A stretch of 64,000 bases of DNA from an uncultured bacterium (GTDB lineage Bacteria; Margulisbacteria; WOR-1; XYC2-FULL-46-14). Each line of letters starts with the position of its first letter. Within the stretch, counting starts at the first letter, position 1. A program made the translations under genes and the position numbers. Below the pieces are notes generated by a model that was not told the DNA's origin, made no database searches, and saw only the letters and a list, made by a program, of their open reading frames with translations. The stretch lies in contig CAYQVW010000004.1 in assembly GCA_964421245.1 (NCBI GenBank), positions 14,971-78,970 on the forward strand. The letters run 5' to 3'. Shown here piece after piece: positions 11,219 to 21,259 of this stretch.

Positions 11219-11798
11219 CTGTTGTAACCGGAGCAACATACAATACCGGCTCAGTCGCAGGAGTATATCTTTTAGGATCATATCCTACTAAACTATAAAT
11301 TACCTTAGGCGTTGTAGACTTACTCACTACCGCCTTTGGCTTAGACTGCTTAACATAGCTAACCCTTCGTGAACGAGGAGTTGGAACTGCTTTAACCTTT
11401 AAAGTTTTAACTTCTTTCTTTAACGAAGCAACTTGGCTTTCTAACTTGGACTTTTGTTTATTTGCTGTTTGAAGTGCTTGTTTCTGCAAGATTGTATTTA
11501 GGCTAACTAAAGATTCCTCAATAGCAATATTTCGGTTTGCATTTTTTTCAAGGCTGGCCACCCAAGTTTTTAGTGGTCCCATTCCTACTTCAAACGGTCT
11601 CTCTCCTAGAAAGATCGTTCTCGAAAATAGATATCCACTAAGATAAAGTATTAAAACCGTTGTGAAGAAGATAATAAAGAGTCCGGTAGACATCTGAACA
11701 CGCCTTGGAACAACATGAAACTCTTTATGAGCGTGTGAAATAATCATAGAACCAAAACCGAGTAAAAATAAAAGAATAACCAATGCAACTATTACCAT
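11211..11798 (-). CDS. hypothetical membrane protein (two N-terminal TM helices, coiled-coil, basic tail)
   Basis: 195-aa ORF with hydrophobic N-terminal segments. No family recognised. Confidence 0.55.
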   Translation of the reverse strand: MVIVALVILLFLLGFGSMIISHAHKEFHVVPRRVQMSTGLFIIFFTTVLILYLSGYLFSRTIFLGERPFEVGMGPLKTWVASLEKNANRNIAIEESLVSLNTILQKQALQTANKQKSKLESQVASLKKEVKTLKVKAVPTPRSRRVSYVKQSKPKAVVSKSTTPKVIYSLVGYDPKRYTPATEPVLYVAPVTTAK

Positions 11799-11846
11799 AT
11801 TAAAACCCTCCTAGTTCTTATCGTGCCTATTTCTAGGAAATTTCAC

Positions 11847-12377
11847 CTATTTTAATAAATCTTCGATTTTGGTAATAATATCCGCTGCCGCCCAATCACG
11901 AGATCCAGTTTCGCGAAGTACGATCTTACCCTGTTTGTCTAAAATTAATGTGGTTGGAATACCAGCTACTTGGTAGTTAGTTGAAACCCTGTGTTCAGAA
12001 TCTAATAGAACCATAAAAGTATATTCTTTTTTCTCAATAAATGCTTTAACCCCAGAATGTCTCTCTCCTACATCAACTGCAACGATAGCAAAATCCTTCC
12101 CCTTCATTTTTTCGTGCAACTTTTGCATGGAAGGCATTTCCGCACGACAAGGAGGACACCAAGTTGCCCAAAAGTTTAAGAAAACAACCTTACCCCTTAA
12201 AGACGAAAGAGCAACACTGTTACCATCCAAATCAGAAAGAGTAAAATCCTGCGCTTCCTTTCCGGCTTCATTCATGGCCATGCCCATTCCTCCTTTATTT
12301 TGTGTACTCATATTATACGCCACAACTCCCACTAATACCAAAAAAACCACTAAGAATATTAAATAACTTTTTTTCAT
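11847..12377 (-). CDS. TlpA/ResA-family thiol:disulfide oxidoreductase (thioredoxin fold, membrane-anchored or secreted)
   Basis: 176 aa with a signal/anchor helix and the WATWCPPCRAEMP active site. Confidence 0.88.
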   Translation of the reverse strand: MKKSYLIFLVVFLVLVGVVAYNMSTQNKGGMGMAMNEAGKEAQDFTLSDLDGNSVALSSLRGKVVFLNFWATWCPPCRAEMPSMQKLHEKMKGKDFAIVAVDVGERHSGVKAFIEKKEYTFMVLLDSEHRVSTNYQVAGIPTTLILDKQGKIVLRETGSRDWAAADIITKIEDLLK

Positions 12378-12417
12378 AATAAAAACTCCTTAATTTTTAA
12401 TTTGATATTTGTCATTT

Positions 12418-13176
12418 TTAATTTCTCATTCTCCCATATATTATCTCAAAACTGGCAATAATTCCACTATTGTATCCATATTTTTTCTTGTATATCCATG
12501 AAGCTTCGGTTAAGGCCTTCCTGCTATTAAAGCCCAACGGATCTTTAGCCGTTTGTGCACCAAGATGCTTTATAAATTGTAACAATGCCATAAAATCCTC
12601 AAAAGATTCTTTGTAAATTTCGGATTTTAATTCTATGTTTGTAAATTTTAGTTTATTTAATATTTTCTTTAGCTCTTTTGGACTTGGATATTTAACATGG
12701 GTCCGATCTCCCATAATATCTTTAAGCTCAATAAGAGTCTTTGGCCCAAAAAAGGAGAAATACGAACTTTGACCAGGTTTTAACACTCGTTTAACTTCAG
12801 AAAAACATTTGCCCGGATGCATCCATTGAAAAGAGGAGGAGGAGACAACCAAATCAAAAGTATTATCAGCAAAAGGGATCTTCTCACCATCCCCTTCCAG
12901 AAATTGAATGTTAGAATAGGGACTTTTGGCCCTGGCATGCTCTATCATTCCAGGAGCAATATCAATTGCAAAGATTTTTGATTTATTAAAACGCTCCGCC
13001 AATCCAAAAGCTAAAAATCCGGTACCTGTACCAATATCTAATATGTACTTATAATCTTTTTCTGGCACCTGACCCAAAACACTATTCGCCACTTCTCGAT
13101 GAATGGTCGCATAGTCATCGTAGACCTTAGCACTTTTTGAAAAATTACGTTTAATCTGTTCTTTTAAGTCAATCAT
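12418..13176 (-). CDS. bioC: malonyl-ACP O-methyltransferase BioC-like class I SAM methyltransferase
   Basis: Motif I is ILDIGTGTGFLA. The N-terminus (IKRNFSKSAKVYDDYATIHREVA) is typical of BioC, and the gene lies next to a BioH-like esterase. I prefer the ATG at 13176. The track start at 13242 is a GTG inside an intergenic hairpin. Confidence 0.75.
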   Translation of the reverse strand: MIDLKEQIKRNFSKSAKVYDDYATIHREVANSVLGQVPEKDYKYILDIGTGTGFLAFGLAERFNKSKIFAIDIAPGMIEHARAKSPYSNIQFLEGDGEKIPFADNTFDLVVSSSSFQWMHPGKCFSEVKRVLKPGQSSYFSFFGPKTLIELKDIMGDRTHVKYPSPKELKKILNKLKFTNIELKSEIYKESFEDFMALLQFIKHLGAQTAKDPLGFNSRKALTEASWIYKKKYGYNSGIIASFEIIYGRMRN

Positions 13177-13185
13177 ATCCACCCG

Positions 13186-13253
13186 GGAACCTGAGACTAA
13201 AAGTCTCGGTTCCAAATATAAATTCGGAACCGCGAGTTTCACTCGCAGGTTCC
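13186..13253 (-). repeat. two tandem hairpins sharing a GGAACC/GGTTCC clamp between the bioH-like gene and bioC
   Basis: On the minus strand: GGAACCTGCGAGTGAAACTCGCGGTTCC, then gaatttatattt, then GGAACCGAGACTTTTAGTCTCAGGTTCC. Each has a 12-bp stem with one bulge. The first is followed by a U-rich tract, so it looks like a terminator. Confidence 0.7.
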
Positions 13254-13819
13254 TATCTTAAAAACTCACTAACAATTTTATTAAATCTATCCGGCTGCTC
13301 TAAAAATGGAGCATGCCCTACCCCTTCAAAAACCACTAATCTTGATTTTGGAATAAGCTCTGCCATATATTTTGATGTTTCTACTCTACAAATCTGATCT
13401 TGATCACCATGAATCAATAAAACCGGAATATCAATCTTAGGCAAAAGATGTCTTATGTCTTCTGTTTTTAATCGTGCTAAAGATTTTAAAATTTCATCTC
13501 TTTTAAACTTGGGCATTGTTTTTAAAATGGGAAAATTTCCAACAAGATCATAAAAAAATCTAATTCCTAATTCCTGATTACTAATTACTTTCTTTTCTAA
13601 GTTTCTAAATAAAGCTTTTGATAATCCTTGAGGAAAAGTTTCATCTTTTATAAATTTAGGAGTCCCGGAAACCAAAACCAGTTTTCTAAATTTTTGAGGG
13701 TTTTCTATATGTTTATAAATTGCATCAAAACAACCCATTGACCAGGCAATGATTGCTGACTCATCATTAATTTGATCTTTCCAAATAGCAGTCGTTGTAG
13801 CAAATCCAGGAATAAACAT
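13253..13819 (-). CDS. alpha/beta hydrolase, BioH-like pimeloyl-ACP methyl ester esterase, unusually short (188 aa)
   Basis: It has a nucleophile elbow (AWSMG) and a C-terminal HGDQDQI ... GHAPFLEQP block. About 30-60 N-terminal residues typical of the fold are missing. It is adjacent to bioC. Confidence 0.6.
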   Translation of the reverse strand: MFIPGFATTTAIWKDQINDESAIIAWSMGCFDAIYKHIENPQKFRKLVLVSGTPKFIKDETFPQGLSKALFRNLEKKVISNQELGIRFFYDLVGNFPILKTMPKFKRDEILKSLARLKTEDIRHLLPKIDIPVLLIHGDQDQICRVETSKYMAELIPKSRLVVFEGVGHAPFLEQPDRFNKIVSEFLR

Positions 13820-13860
13820 GTAAATATCACCCTTTTAGATTTTAACACATATATCAATTG

Positions 13861-13911
13861 AATAAAAAAAATCCCTTCTACCCTAAATTTAACTAGAACA
13901 AAAGGGATTTT
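13861..13911 (-). terminator. Rho-independent-type terminator downstream of the 110-aa membrane protein gene
   Basis: 10-bp stem AAAATCCCTT/AAGGGATTTT (13868-13877 / 13902-13911), followed on the minus strand by a U-rich run. Confidence 0.5.
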
Positions 13912-13916
13912 AAAAA

Positions 13917-14249
13917 CTATTTTTTCATCTTTTCTTCGAGATACTTCTTCATTTCTGGATTCTTCATCATTTTATCCATATACTTTTGCATCTTTGCTTC
14001 TGACTTCCACTTCCCCTTGTGCCCCATCATACGATATCCCCTACTACCACATAATCCACCACCCCAGAACAGGCTACTCAAAAGCAAAACTACAGCTATT
14101 ACTACTATAACAAGTGCTACTATCTGTCCAACAAGCTTAACGTTTCCTTTTTCCTTATTTGCAAGAACCCATATGATATAAGCAAAACCCAATAATAAAA
14201 TCAAACCTAAAATACTCCCTAACCACATTCCTCCTATCATGTTTTTCAC
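13917..14249 (-). CDS. hypothetical small membrane protein (2 TM, Lys/Met-rich tail)
   Basis: 110-aa ORF, last gene of a tightly packed minus-strand operon. Confidence 0.5.
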   Translation of the reverse strand: MKNMIGGMWLGSILGLILLLGFAYIIWVLANKEKGNVKLVGQIVALVIVVIAVVLLLSSLFWGGGLCGSRGYRMMGHKGKWKSEAKMQKYMDKMMKNPEMKKYLEEKMKK

Positions 14250-14256
14250 CTCCCTT

Positions 14257-15303
14257 TTAAAAAATCACATTAAAAATCCAACCCAATAATACCACTTGTG
14301 GAACTGTAATAATAGGAAGCCAAATAGCAGTTTTTCTCCCAATATTCTGCCAGATCAATCCAATCTCGGTATAATCTGTCACAACTCCAGCCATTAAAAA
14401 AACAAAACTGTTTCCTAATGCTCCAGTCTGTCTATATATTTCAAAAGATAGCGGGGCCGATCCCTCTGAACAGACCTCAATTACCGTTGCAAGGAGAAGA
14501 GTTATTAACAACCCCCAAATAGTCGGCCCAAGATAGGTCTGGAAAATATCTGCCGGAATATAGGCAGCCGATAAACTTGCCAAAAGCATTCCAAGCAAGA
14601 TCCACCACAAAACCATGTTCGCCAATGAGAACGATCCCGAATATACTCCAATTAGCGCCTCTTTTATGCTCTTGGTATCTAATTTCACACTTCCTAATCT
14701 CTCTCTAATATCTTTTCTGATAGAAAATTCGGGATCAATATCGACAATATTTTTATTCTTCTCGATTAATCCTTTTGATTGCAAAAATTGAAAGATCAAA
14801 CCGGTAATAATTGCAATTACAACTGCAGAAATTATTATAAAAAATGCCTTCCAACTAAAAAAACCAAACAACAATATAGTTAATGGTAAATTAGCCCAGG
14901 GGGAAGCTAAAAGAAAGGCAACTACTGCCGGACCAGAAGCACCCTTCTTATGTAATTGAATAGATAAGGCTAAAATTCCATGAGAACATGCACTCATTAA
15001 GAATCCTAGAAAAACAGAGTAGAAAATAGTTCTTTTTTTCGGCTTTGATAACATCTTTGATATATATTCTCTTGGAACAAAATAATCAATTACTCCACCT
15101 AACATTAAACCGAGTAATACCGCAAACCAAACGGTCTTGAAATACATGATTATGGAATTTCTGAATGGAACCAGCAGAGGAAAAACAAGAGAAAAACCAA
15201 GTAAAACAAAAATAACAAAAGTAATCTGGATAACCTTATTTTTATACCACGGCTGTTTCTCTTCTACATGCTCACAATGATGACAAGTTTGATCGTTAGG
15301 CAT
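14257..15303 (-). CDS. predicted permease (DUF318/ArsP-type, duplicated CSxG-containing halves)
   Basis: 348 aa, polytopic, with ACSHGILALS and EVCSEGSAPLS motifs in the two halves and an N-terminal CHHCEH. Confidence 0.65.
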   Translation of the reverse strand: MPNDQTCHHCEHVEEKQPWYKNKVIQITFVIFVLLGFSLVFPLLVPFRNSIIMYFKTVWFAVLLGLMLGGVIDYFVPREYISKMLSKPKKRTIFYSVFLGFLMSACSHGILALSIQLHKKGASGPAVVAFLLASPWANLPLTILLFGFFSWKAFFIIISAVVIAIITGLIFQFLQSKGLIEKNKNIVDIDPEFSIRKDIRERLGSVKLDTKSIKEALIGVYSGSFSLANMVLWWILLGMLLASLSAAYIPADIFQTYLGPTIWGLLITLLLATVIEVCSEGSAPLSFEIYRQTGALGNSFVFLMAGVVTDYTEIGLIWQNIGRKTAIWLPIITVPQVVLLGWIFNVIF

Positions 15304-15306
15304 CTT

Positions 15307-15531
15307 TTAGCCCCGTGGCAGGACGGCGGATTTAAAAAATCTGGTAAGCCTTGCCAACAAAATATTTAGTACCGGCTTAACTATTTTAGTCTGAATGGCC
15401 TTTGAATCTTTTTGTAAGGAAAACATCTCAGACTTTGAATGAGTCTTTCCGCAATGAGCGTAGCTTTTCACTGCCATGCAAAATACTATAAGTATTAATA
15501 TTAATAAAACTTTAAAACTTCTGGAAGACAT
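15307..15531 (-). CDS. hypothetical small secreted/anchored protein
   Basis: 74-aa ORF with a signal-like helix, 3 nt from the permease gene and 11 nt after the giant gene. Confidence 0.4.
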   Translation of the reverse strand: MSSRSFKVLLILILIVFCMAVKSYAHCGKTHSKSEMFSLQKDSKAIQTKIVKPVLNILLARLTRFFKSAVLPRG

Positions 15532-15542
15532 CGATTAACTCC

Positions 15543-18500
15543 TTAATCCAGCACCATAACGTGTCCCGATCCGATAACCTTATTCTGAGAAATAACCTTA
15601 ATCATATATATCCCATTTGGTATTGCTGATCGGCTAATATTAGATGTTCCACTAAACTCCACTTCGTTATAACCAGCCTTTCCACCCTCAGCCGCAGCAG
15701 CTGCCCTATAGGTCCAGTGAATTACTCCATATTTACTGATTAAATATATATTTACCTGTGCATCGGTTGATAATTGATAACCAATCTTTAATACCCCACC
15801 ACCAAGTGGTGCATATTGAGTTGGATGTGTTAAAACTCCTCCGGTTATTTTTGCTGTTCCGTCAGAAACCTTTAATCCGCTTATCTCGCTTGTTGCAACA
15901 TTACCTGCAGCATCAGTAGCTTCAACTGTAAGGATATGTGTCATCGTCCCCTCATCTGCCAAGGCAGCTGCTGCAGTGTAGGACAACTCTACTGTGGTGC
16001 TAGTTGTACTTACAGTTGTTAATGTTACTGCTGTTCCATCAAGCCTCATTGTTACCCCACTTGCTAATATTGAAAGATTGTCTTCTGCCTCTATCTGGAA
16101 AGTTGGTATTGCCGGAATATAATCATCATTTTTTATTGCTCGATCTCTTATTTTTATCTCTATTGTCGGAACCTCGTCGTCTCCAGTTGCTGTTGCAAAA
16201 GTAGTCGAATAAGCTGAACTTAGGGCATTCCCATATTGATCCTTTGCTCCAGTTCCAATTGACAACGTATAAGTGGTTCCAGCTGATAAATCGGCAGTAG
16301 GGCTAAAGGTCATTGTCTTATTATCGGCACTCCATGTAAATGTTCCAGCAACTGCTGCTTTAGCAGATGCTCCTCCTGCACCATCGTCTAAGTTAAAGGC
16401 ATCTTCTGCACTATCTGTATCCATTGTTGCTGGAAAGGTTACCTCTATATCCTCATCTATTGGAACATTTTCTTCCGGTACATTTATTGATATATTAGTC
16501 GGATCTATTTGAGAAGTATCCAACACAAAAGTCCAGGTCGTACTATATGCCCCATAATTCAATGCACTATCTCGTGCTCTTACTTCCCAAGTGTAAGTAG
16601 CATCACTTAAAGTCGTTGCATGTGCATAGCTCAATGATGATGTAGTTGCAACTATTGTTCCAGCTAACCTAACCTCATAATTCGCTCCACCAGTTGCAGC
16701 CTGCCAAACAAACTCCGGTGTTGCATCATTGGTACTTGAATTATTGGTCGGGGTGCTAAGCACCGGGGCATCCGGAACAGCCGTATCTACCTCAATTGTT
16801 GCACTCGCTACCTCACTTTCATTTGACGCATTATCCCTCACTTTATAAAAGGCAGTCTTCACCCCATCGGATCCTGTAAATGCGTATTCATAACTCTGTG
16901 CATATGCTACCCAACCTGTATCATTAGTCGTAAATCCGGTATTCTCTGCCACCCTCATCGACACCGCATCTGCTGATACTCCACTCGCTTCAATACTTAT
17001 AGTCAAACTGTTACTTAAAACAACGGAACCGGTATCTGTATCTTTAATCGCTATACTTGTAACTTCCGGTGATTGTGTATCTACTATGATTGTCGCTGAA
17101 ACTGTTGCACTCTCGTTTAATGTTGCATCTCTTAAGAAATAAAAGACTTCATGTGTCCCCTCCGTTGCTTCCAGTGTGTATAGATATGTCAAAGAATAGC
17201 CTACCCAGCCTGTATCATTAGTCGAGAATGCTGCATTCTCTGCCATCCTCATTTGACTTGGACTTCCCACTATACTACTTGCTTCTACCGTTACCTCTAT
17301 CGTCGAGGTATAACTTGTATCACCCCTTATCGAATCACTTAAACTAATTGCTCCTGCTGCTGGCCCATCAGTATCTACTGTAAATGTTTGCGTTGCACCC
17401 CAAGTACCCCACAACCCAACCCCATTCTTTGCTCTAGCATCCCAAGTATGGCTGGCATCAGTTAAATCTGTCCCTGGTGTATACGTTGTTGTTGCTCCCT
17501 GGGTAGACACAACTAACCCATCTATCCTTACTTCATAACTGGATATTCCAGATACACTGTCCACTGACGCACCCCAAGTAAATGTCGGTGTTGCATCATT
17601 GGTTGCTATTCCGGTTGTCGGATAGGTTGGCGTTGGTGCAGTCGGTGCACTCGCATCTACTGTAAATGTCTGTACGGCTGACCAACCACTCCACAGATCC
17701 GCATTGTCTTTTCCTCTGGCATCCCAAGTATGTGATGCATCGGTTAAATCTGTCCCCGGTGTATACGTCGCTGTCGAATCCTGTGTCGAAACAACAACGC
17801 CGTCTATTCTTACTTCATAACTCGCCACCCCCGACAAACTATCTACTGAAGCATTCCAAGAAAATTGCGGTGTTGCATCACTGGTCGATGTCCCGGTTGT
17901 CGGATAAATTGCGCTCGGATCTGTTGGGTCAGTGGAATCTATCGTAAAGTTGGCATCAGATTCATCTGTTCCCCATGTATTATGTGCATCCTGCATTTCG
18001 ATCTTTACTCTAGCCTCATCAGTATTTGTTGATGGAACACTCCAGCTGTATGGAGATGTTACTGGCTGGCTACTTTCTATTATCGTGTAACTATTCCCTT
18101 CATCAGTTGAATATGAAACTCTAAGTGTGTTTGCTTGCAACCCACTCTCATCTGTTGTAGTAAAGGTCACATTATGGCTATCCCCTCCTGACCAAAACTC
18201 TCCACCATTCGGGGCGGTTATTTCAAGTGTTGGTGGAGCTGTTTCTGTATATTCGAATCCTGCTTCAAGTGTTCCTATCTCTCCATTTGGATTGGTTACT
18301 TCTATGTCTACTACTCCTGCTGCATGTGCAGGTGCCGTTGCAGTTATTGTTGATATACTCTCATACGAAACATTAGTTGCTGCAGTGCCACCAAAAGTAA
18401 CAGCGAAATCTTCGTAGGTCTCTGCGGCAAGACTAACTGTTGGATCATTTGATTCGAATTTTCTAACTACAACCCAATCAACCGCCCAATTTTTATCATG

Positions 18501-21176
18501 ACAACCGAGCCAAAGATTGTCTTCTGTTGATATATCAGAATCTGTTCCTGTCAATACTTCGGTTCCATCCACAAACCCCTTAAGAGTTGTTCCATACCAT
18601 CTTGAATCAAACCGATAATAAGTACCGGTGACTGCCGCTGCCATTGCCGGATTTGTAATATAAACAGCTCCACCACCCGTACCTCTGGCAAGGGCCCCCT
18701 TTGTATTTCCCCAACCGAAATACAAAACATTATATCCCACATCCCATTCATTACCTGCAGGAAGTCCCGCTCCGCTACCCATACCAAAACAGAGCTGTTC
18801 TCCAGCCTCAACACACTTGGCCCTGGCAACAATCGATCGCCCACTTCCACTGGCACTGCCAAAATCAACCTCTGTTATTGCGGCCTTACGAAAGTTATAT
18901 ATCAGGGCCATCTTCATAGAATCGATGGTCCCAACCTGAGGATCTCCGTTGTAGTTTGTCCAACTGCCTTGGCCACCCAAGGATGCTTCATTATAACTTT
19001 CAAAATCATCAAAAAATTCGAAAGTGTTGCCTCCACTACTGGCAGCTGAAGCGTCCGTATCTCCATAGGTTAGATATATTGTACTCTCACCACCAGGAAT
19101 AGAAGAAACCTTAACCCACATATTGGTTAAAGTGGTATTAATAGTCCCTGGTTCTAACCAATAGCTAAGATTGTTACCGTTTGAATCCAAAAATCTTATA
19201 TCGTCTCCATCAGCCTGCATCTTGCCAGCTGAAATAATGCTGGAAGAATCCGCAGTAACTAAAACCTGATAATCCGTCAATGCTCCTCCCGAATTATTTA
19301 AAGCAATTGCCCGCTCGTAATATGGTTTTTGAAAATTATTTCCGGATATTATAACACCAACCCCACCTGCATCTGTATCTGTCTCTGGTGTTGCAACAGT
19401 AACTGTTGGAGCAGCAATGCTTATTGTAAAACCATTTGCTAAGGCATCTACTTTTGAATCACTATTTGTAACTGTTACATTCCAAGTTCCGACCAATTCT
19501 TGCCTAAGATCAAAGTCACAGGTAATCTCAGTATCATCTACAAAAGTGACATTGGTTCCGTTTATATCCGATTCCCCTTCCTTGGTCAGCTTTACTGTTG
19601 CCCCGCTCTCAAAATATTCTCCAGCAATCGAAACCCCTGTAAGCTGCTCTATATTTGATCCACTGCTCGGATCAATTGAAGTAACACTTGGTGCGGCATT
19701 TACGATTGTAAAATCAGCACTTGATTCATCAGTCGCTCTTCCTCCTGCAGTATCAACCGCGATAACCCTTACCCGTACTGTGGTTGAAGCATCATCCGGA
19801 ATTGTCCAACTGTATGTCCCATCATCTGCTTCGTCCGCTGAAATTGTATTTGGAAAGGTTGATCCACTATTTGTAGAATAATAGAGTTCGATATGATCTA
19901 TTGCATCGGAACCATTGGTCGAGGTCCAGGTAATACTCTGACTGGCCCCCTCAGTCCAAGACTCTCCACCATCTGGAGCATCTAAAAGAATATCAGTATT
20001 CTCCGCCGCAGCACCAAAATTATGTGCTCCCATATCTTCGCCTTCGGGAGTACCAGCATCGATACAGGGAGAGGTAAACAAAAGGGTGTAGTCATCATTT
20101 GAAGAATCTGTAAAATTGGCATTTGCAGAGATGGTACCAACACCATTACTAATTGTCCCCTCGTAATCAGTTGCATTGCCATAAACGTTAGAATAACTTA
20201 CGTTCACTGTTTCGGCATTATTATCAACACCTGTTCCAGCTGCTGTCCCCCCATCAGGATCATAAGCAATAATACAATTAATTATATCTGCTGACTCAGC
20301 ACCAATGTCAATGCCTACTGTATTATCAATAAAGGTACAGTGATCTATAACTACACTGGAGTCATTTTTATAATTATCTACCACATCAATTCCAGTCGCA
20401 AAACCACGCACTTCATTGCTACTAATTGTTGGCATTACATCAGTACCCCAAAAAGACTGTTCAATTCCATTCCCGTTATGTGAGTTACTAGCAACAAGTG
20501 TATTGTTAGTTATCGTCCAGCCCCCTCCATAGCCACCCGTGTCAACACCATGGTGTGCTGTAATTGTATTCCCATCAATAGTAATCCCATCCAGTTGATT
20601 CGCTATAGTTATTCCAGTTGTTACTCCCTCAATGTTCGTTATGGTTATAGTGTTATCCTGAATCAAACTATTATCACCAGCTACAAGACCGATTCCAGTA
20701 GTTCGAACACCACCGGTGATAGTATTATTTTGAGCTGTAGCCTGAGCAAGAAACCGGACTATATGCCGGCCATCATTTGTAGAATTAATTGTAAATCCCT
20801 CAACAACCGCCCCTGAATTTAGTTCGACAGCACTAGCAAGATTATTCTCTGCATCAATAGTGGCAACTTCTCCCACTGTAACCTCTGCGCTTAGATGAAC
20901 ACCAGCTGGAACATCAATTGGAAATGCTTCCGATGATCCGGTCATGCCATCATTATGAATAGTCCCAGTATAAACTATTACTAGATCACCTGAACCTACC
21001 GGCCCCCCATCCCTTAACGCCCAGGTAATGGTCTGCCATTCGTTGCCGTCGCTACCATCACCGGTTACGTTGCTGCCATCTGCGCCGTCAACATAGTAAG
21101 TCGCTGCATTAGCCATTGAGCCAACGGCTAACAGCAAACAGCTAACAACTAAAAATAAAATTAATATTTTTCGCAT
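15543..21176 (-). CDS. giant secreted surface protein (1877 aa): right-handed beta-helix, Ig-like repeats, DUF2341-like plus LamG-like module, tandem repeats, FlgD-Ig-like C-terminal domain
   Basis: Signal peptide MRKILILFLVVSCLLLAVGSMANA. NxITG-type beta-helix repeats. DGDDIRFLDSNGNNLSYWLE is DUF2341-like. The Thr/Ser/Asp-rich repeats are typical of adhesin or S-layer-like proteins. Confidence 0.8.
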   Translation of the reverse strand: MRKILILFLVVSCLLLAVGSMANAATYYVDGADGSNVTGDGSDGNEWQTITWALRDGGPVGSGDLVIVYTGTIHNDGMTGSSEAFPIDVPAGVHLSAEVTVGEVATIDAENNLASAVELNSGAVVEGFTINSTNDGRHIVRFLAQATAQNNTITGGVRTTGIGLVAGDNSLIQDNTITITNIEGVTTGITIANQLDGITIDGNTITAHHGVDTGGYGGGWTITNNTLVASNSHNGNGIEQSFWGTDVMPTISSNEVRGFATGIDVVDNYKNDSSVVIDHCTFIDNTVGIDIGAESADIINCIIAYDPDGGTAAGTGVDNNAETVNVSYSNVYGNATDYEGTISNGVGTISANANFTDSSNDDYTLLFTSPCIDAGTPEGEDMGAHNFGAAAENTDILLDAPDGGESWTEGASQSITWTSTNGSDAIDHIELYYSTNSGSTFPNTISADEADDGTYSWTIPDDASTTVRVRVIAVDTAGGRATDESSADFTIVNAAPSVTSIDPSSGSNIEQLTGVSIAGEYFESGATVKLTKEGESDINGTNVTFVDDTEITCDFDLRQELVGTWNVTVTNSDSKVDALANGFTISIAAPTVTVATPETDTDAGGVGVIISGNNFQKPYYERAIALNNSGGALTDYQVLVTADSSSIISAGKMQADGDDIRFLDSNGNNLSYWLEPGTINTTLTNMWVKVSSIPGGESTIYLTYGDTDASAASSGGNTFEFFDDFESYNEASLGGQGSWTNYNGDPQVGTIDSMKMALIYNFRKAAITEVDFGSASGSGRSIVARAKCVEAGEQLCFGMGSGAGLPAGNEWDVGYNVLYFGWGNTKGALARGTGGGAVYITNPAMAAAVTGTYYRFDSRWYGTTLKGFVDGTEVLTGTDSDISTEDNLWLGCHDKNWAVDWVVVRKFESNDPTVSLAAETYEDFAVTFGGTAATNVSYESISTITATAPAHAAGVVDIEVTNPNGEIGTLEAGFEYTETAPPTLEITAPNGGEFWSGGDSHNVTFTTTDESGLQANTLRVSYSTDEGNSYTIIESSQPVTSPYSWSVPSTNTDEARVKIEMQDAHNTWGTDESDANFTIDSTDPTDPSAIYPTTGTSTSDATPQFSWNASVDSLSGVASYEVRIDGVVVSTQDSTATYTPGTDLTDASHTWDARGKDNADLWSGWSAVQTFTVDASAPTAPTPTYPTTGIATNDATPTFTWGASVDSVSGISSYEVRIDGLVVSTQGATTTYTPGTDLTDASHTWDARAKNGVGLWGTWGATQTFTVDTDGPAAGAISLSDSIRGDTSYTSTIEVTVEASSIVGSPSQMRMAENAAFSTNDTGWVGYSLTYLYTLEATEGTHEVFYFLRDATLNESATVSATIIVDTQSPEVTSIAIKDTDTGSVVLSNSLTISIEASGVSADAVSMRVAENTGFTTNDTGWVAYAQSYEYAFTGSDGVKTAFYKVRDNASNESEVASATIEVDTAVPDAPVLSTPTNNSSTNDATPEFVWQAATGGANYEVRLAGTIVATTSSLSYAHATTLSDATYTWEVRARDSALNYGAYSTTWTFVLDTSQIDPTNISINVPEENVPIDEDIEVTFPATMDTDSAEDAFNLDDGAGGASAKAAVAGTFTWSADNKTMTFSPTADLSAGTTYTLSIGTGAKDQYGNALSSAYSTTFATATGDDEVPTIEIKIRDRAIKNDDYIPAIPTFQIEAEDNLSILASGVTMRLDGTAVTLTTVSTTSTTVELSYTAAAALADEGTMTHILTVEATDAAGNVATSEISGLKVSDGTAKITGGVLTHPTQYAPLGGGVLKIGYQLSTDAQVNIYLISKYGVIHWTYRAAAAAEGGKAGYNEVEFSGTSNISRSAIPNGIYMIKVISQNKVIGSGHVMVLD
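17370..17945 (-). repeat. two tandem repeat units of about 282 bp (94 aa) inside the giant gene, with a third diverged copy nearby
   Basis: YPTTGTSTSDATPQFSWNASVDSLSGVASYEVRIDGVVVSTQ... is followed by YPTTGIATNDATPTFTWGASVDSVSGISSYEVRIDGLVVSTQ... A second pair of tandem units (MRMAENAAFSTNDTGWVGY / MRVAENTGFTTNDTGWVAY) follows. Confidence 0.75.
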
Positions 21177-21259
21177 TAATTGAAAGATTCTATCAGAGAT
21201 TATAGAGTGTGTCTATATAGCAAAATAATTATGGTATATATAATAATATATACTATTGT

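Noticed and set aside
19417-19881. 154-aa plus-strand ORF, and several other 60-105-aa ORFs, inside the giant surface protein gene
   Set aside because: They are antisense or out of frame within a 5.6-kb repetitive Thr/Ser/Gly-rich gene. This is typical spurious-ORF composition.
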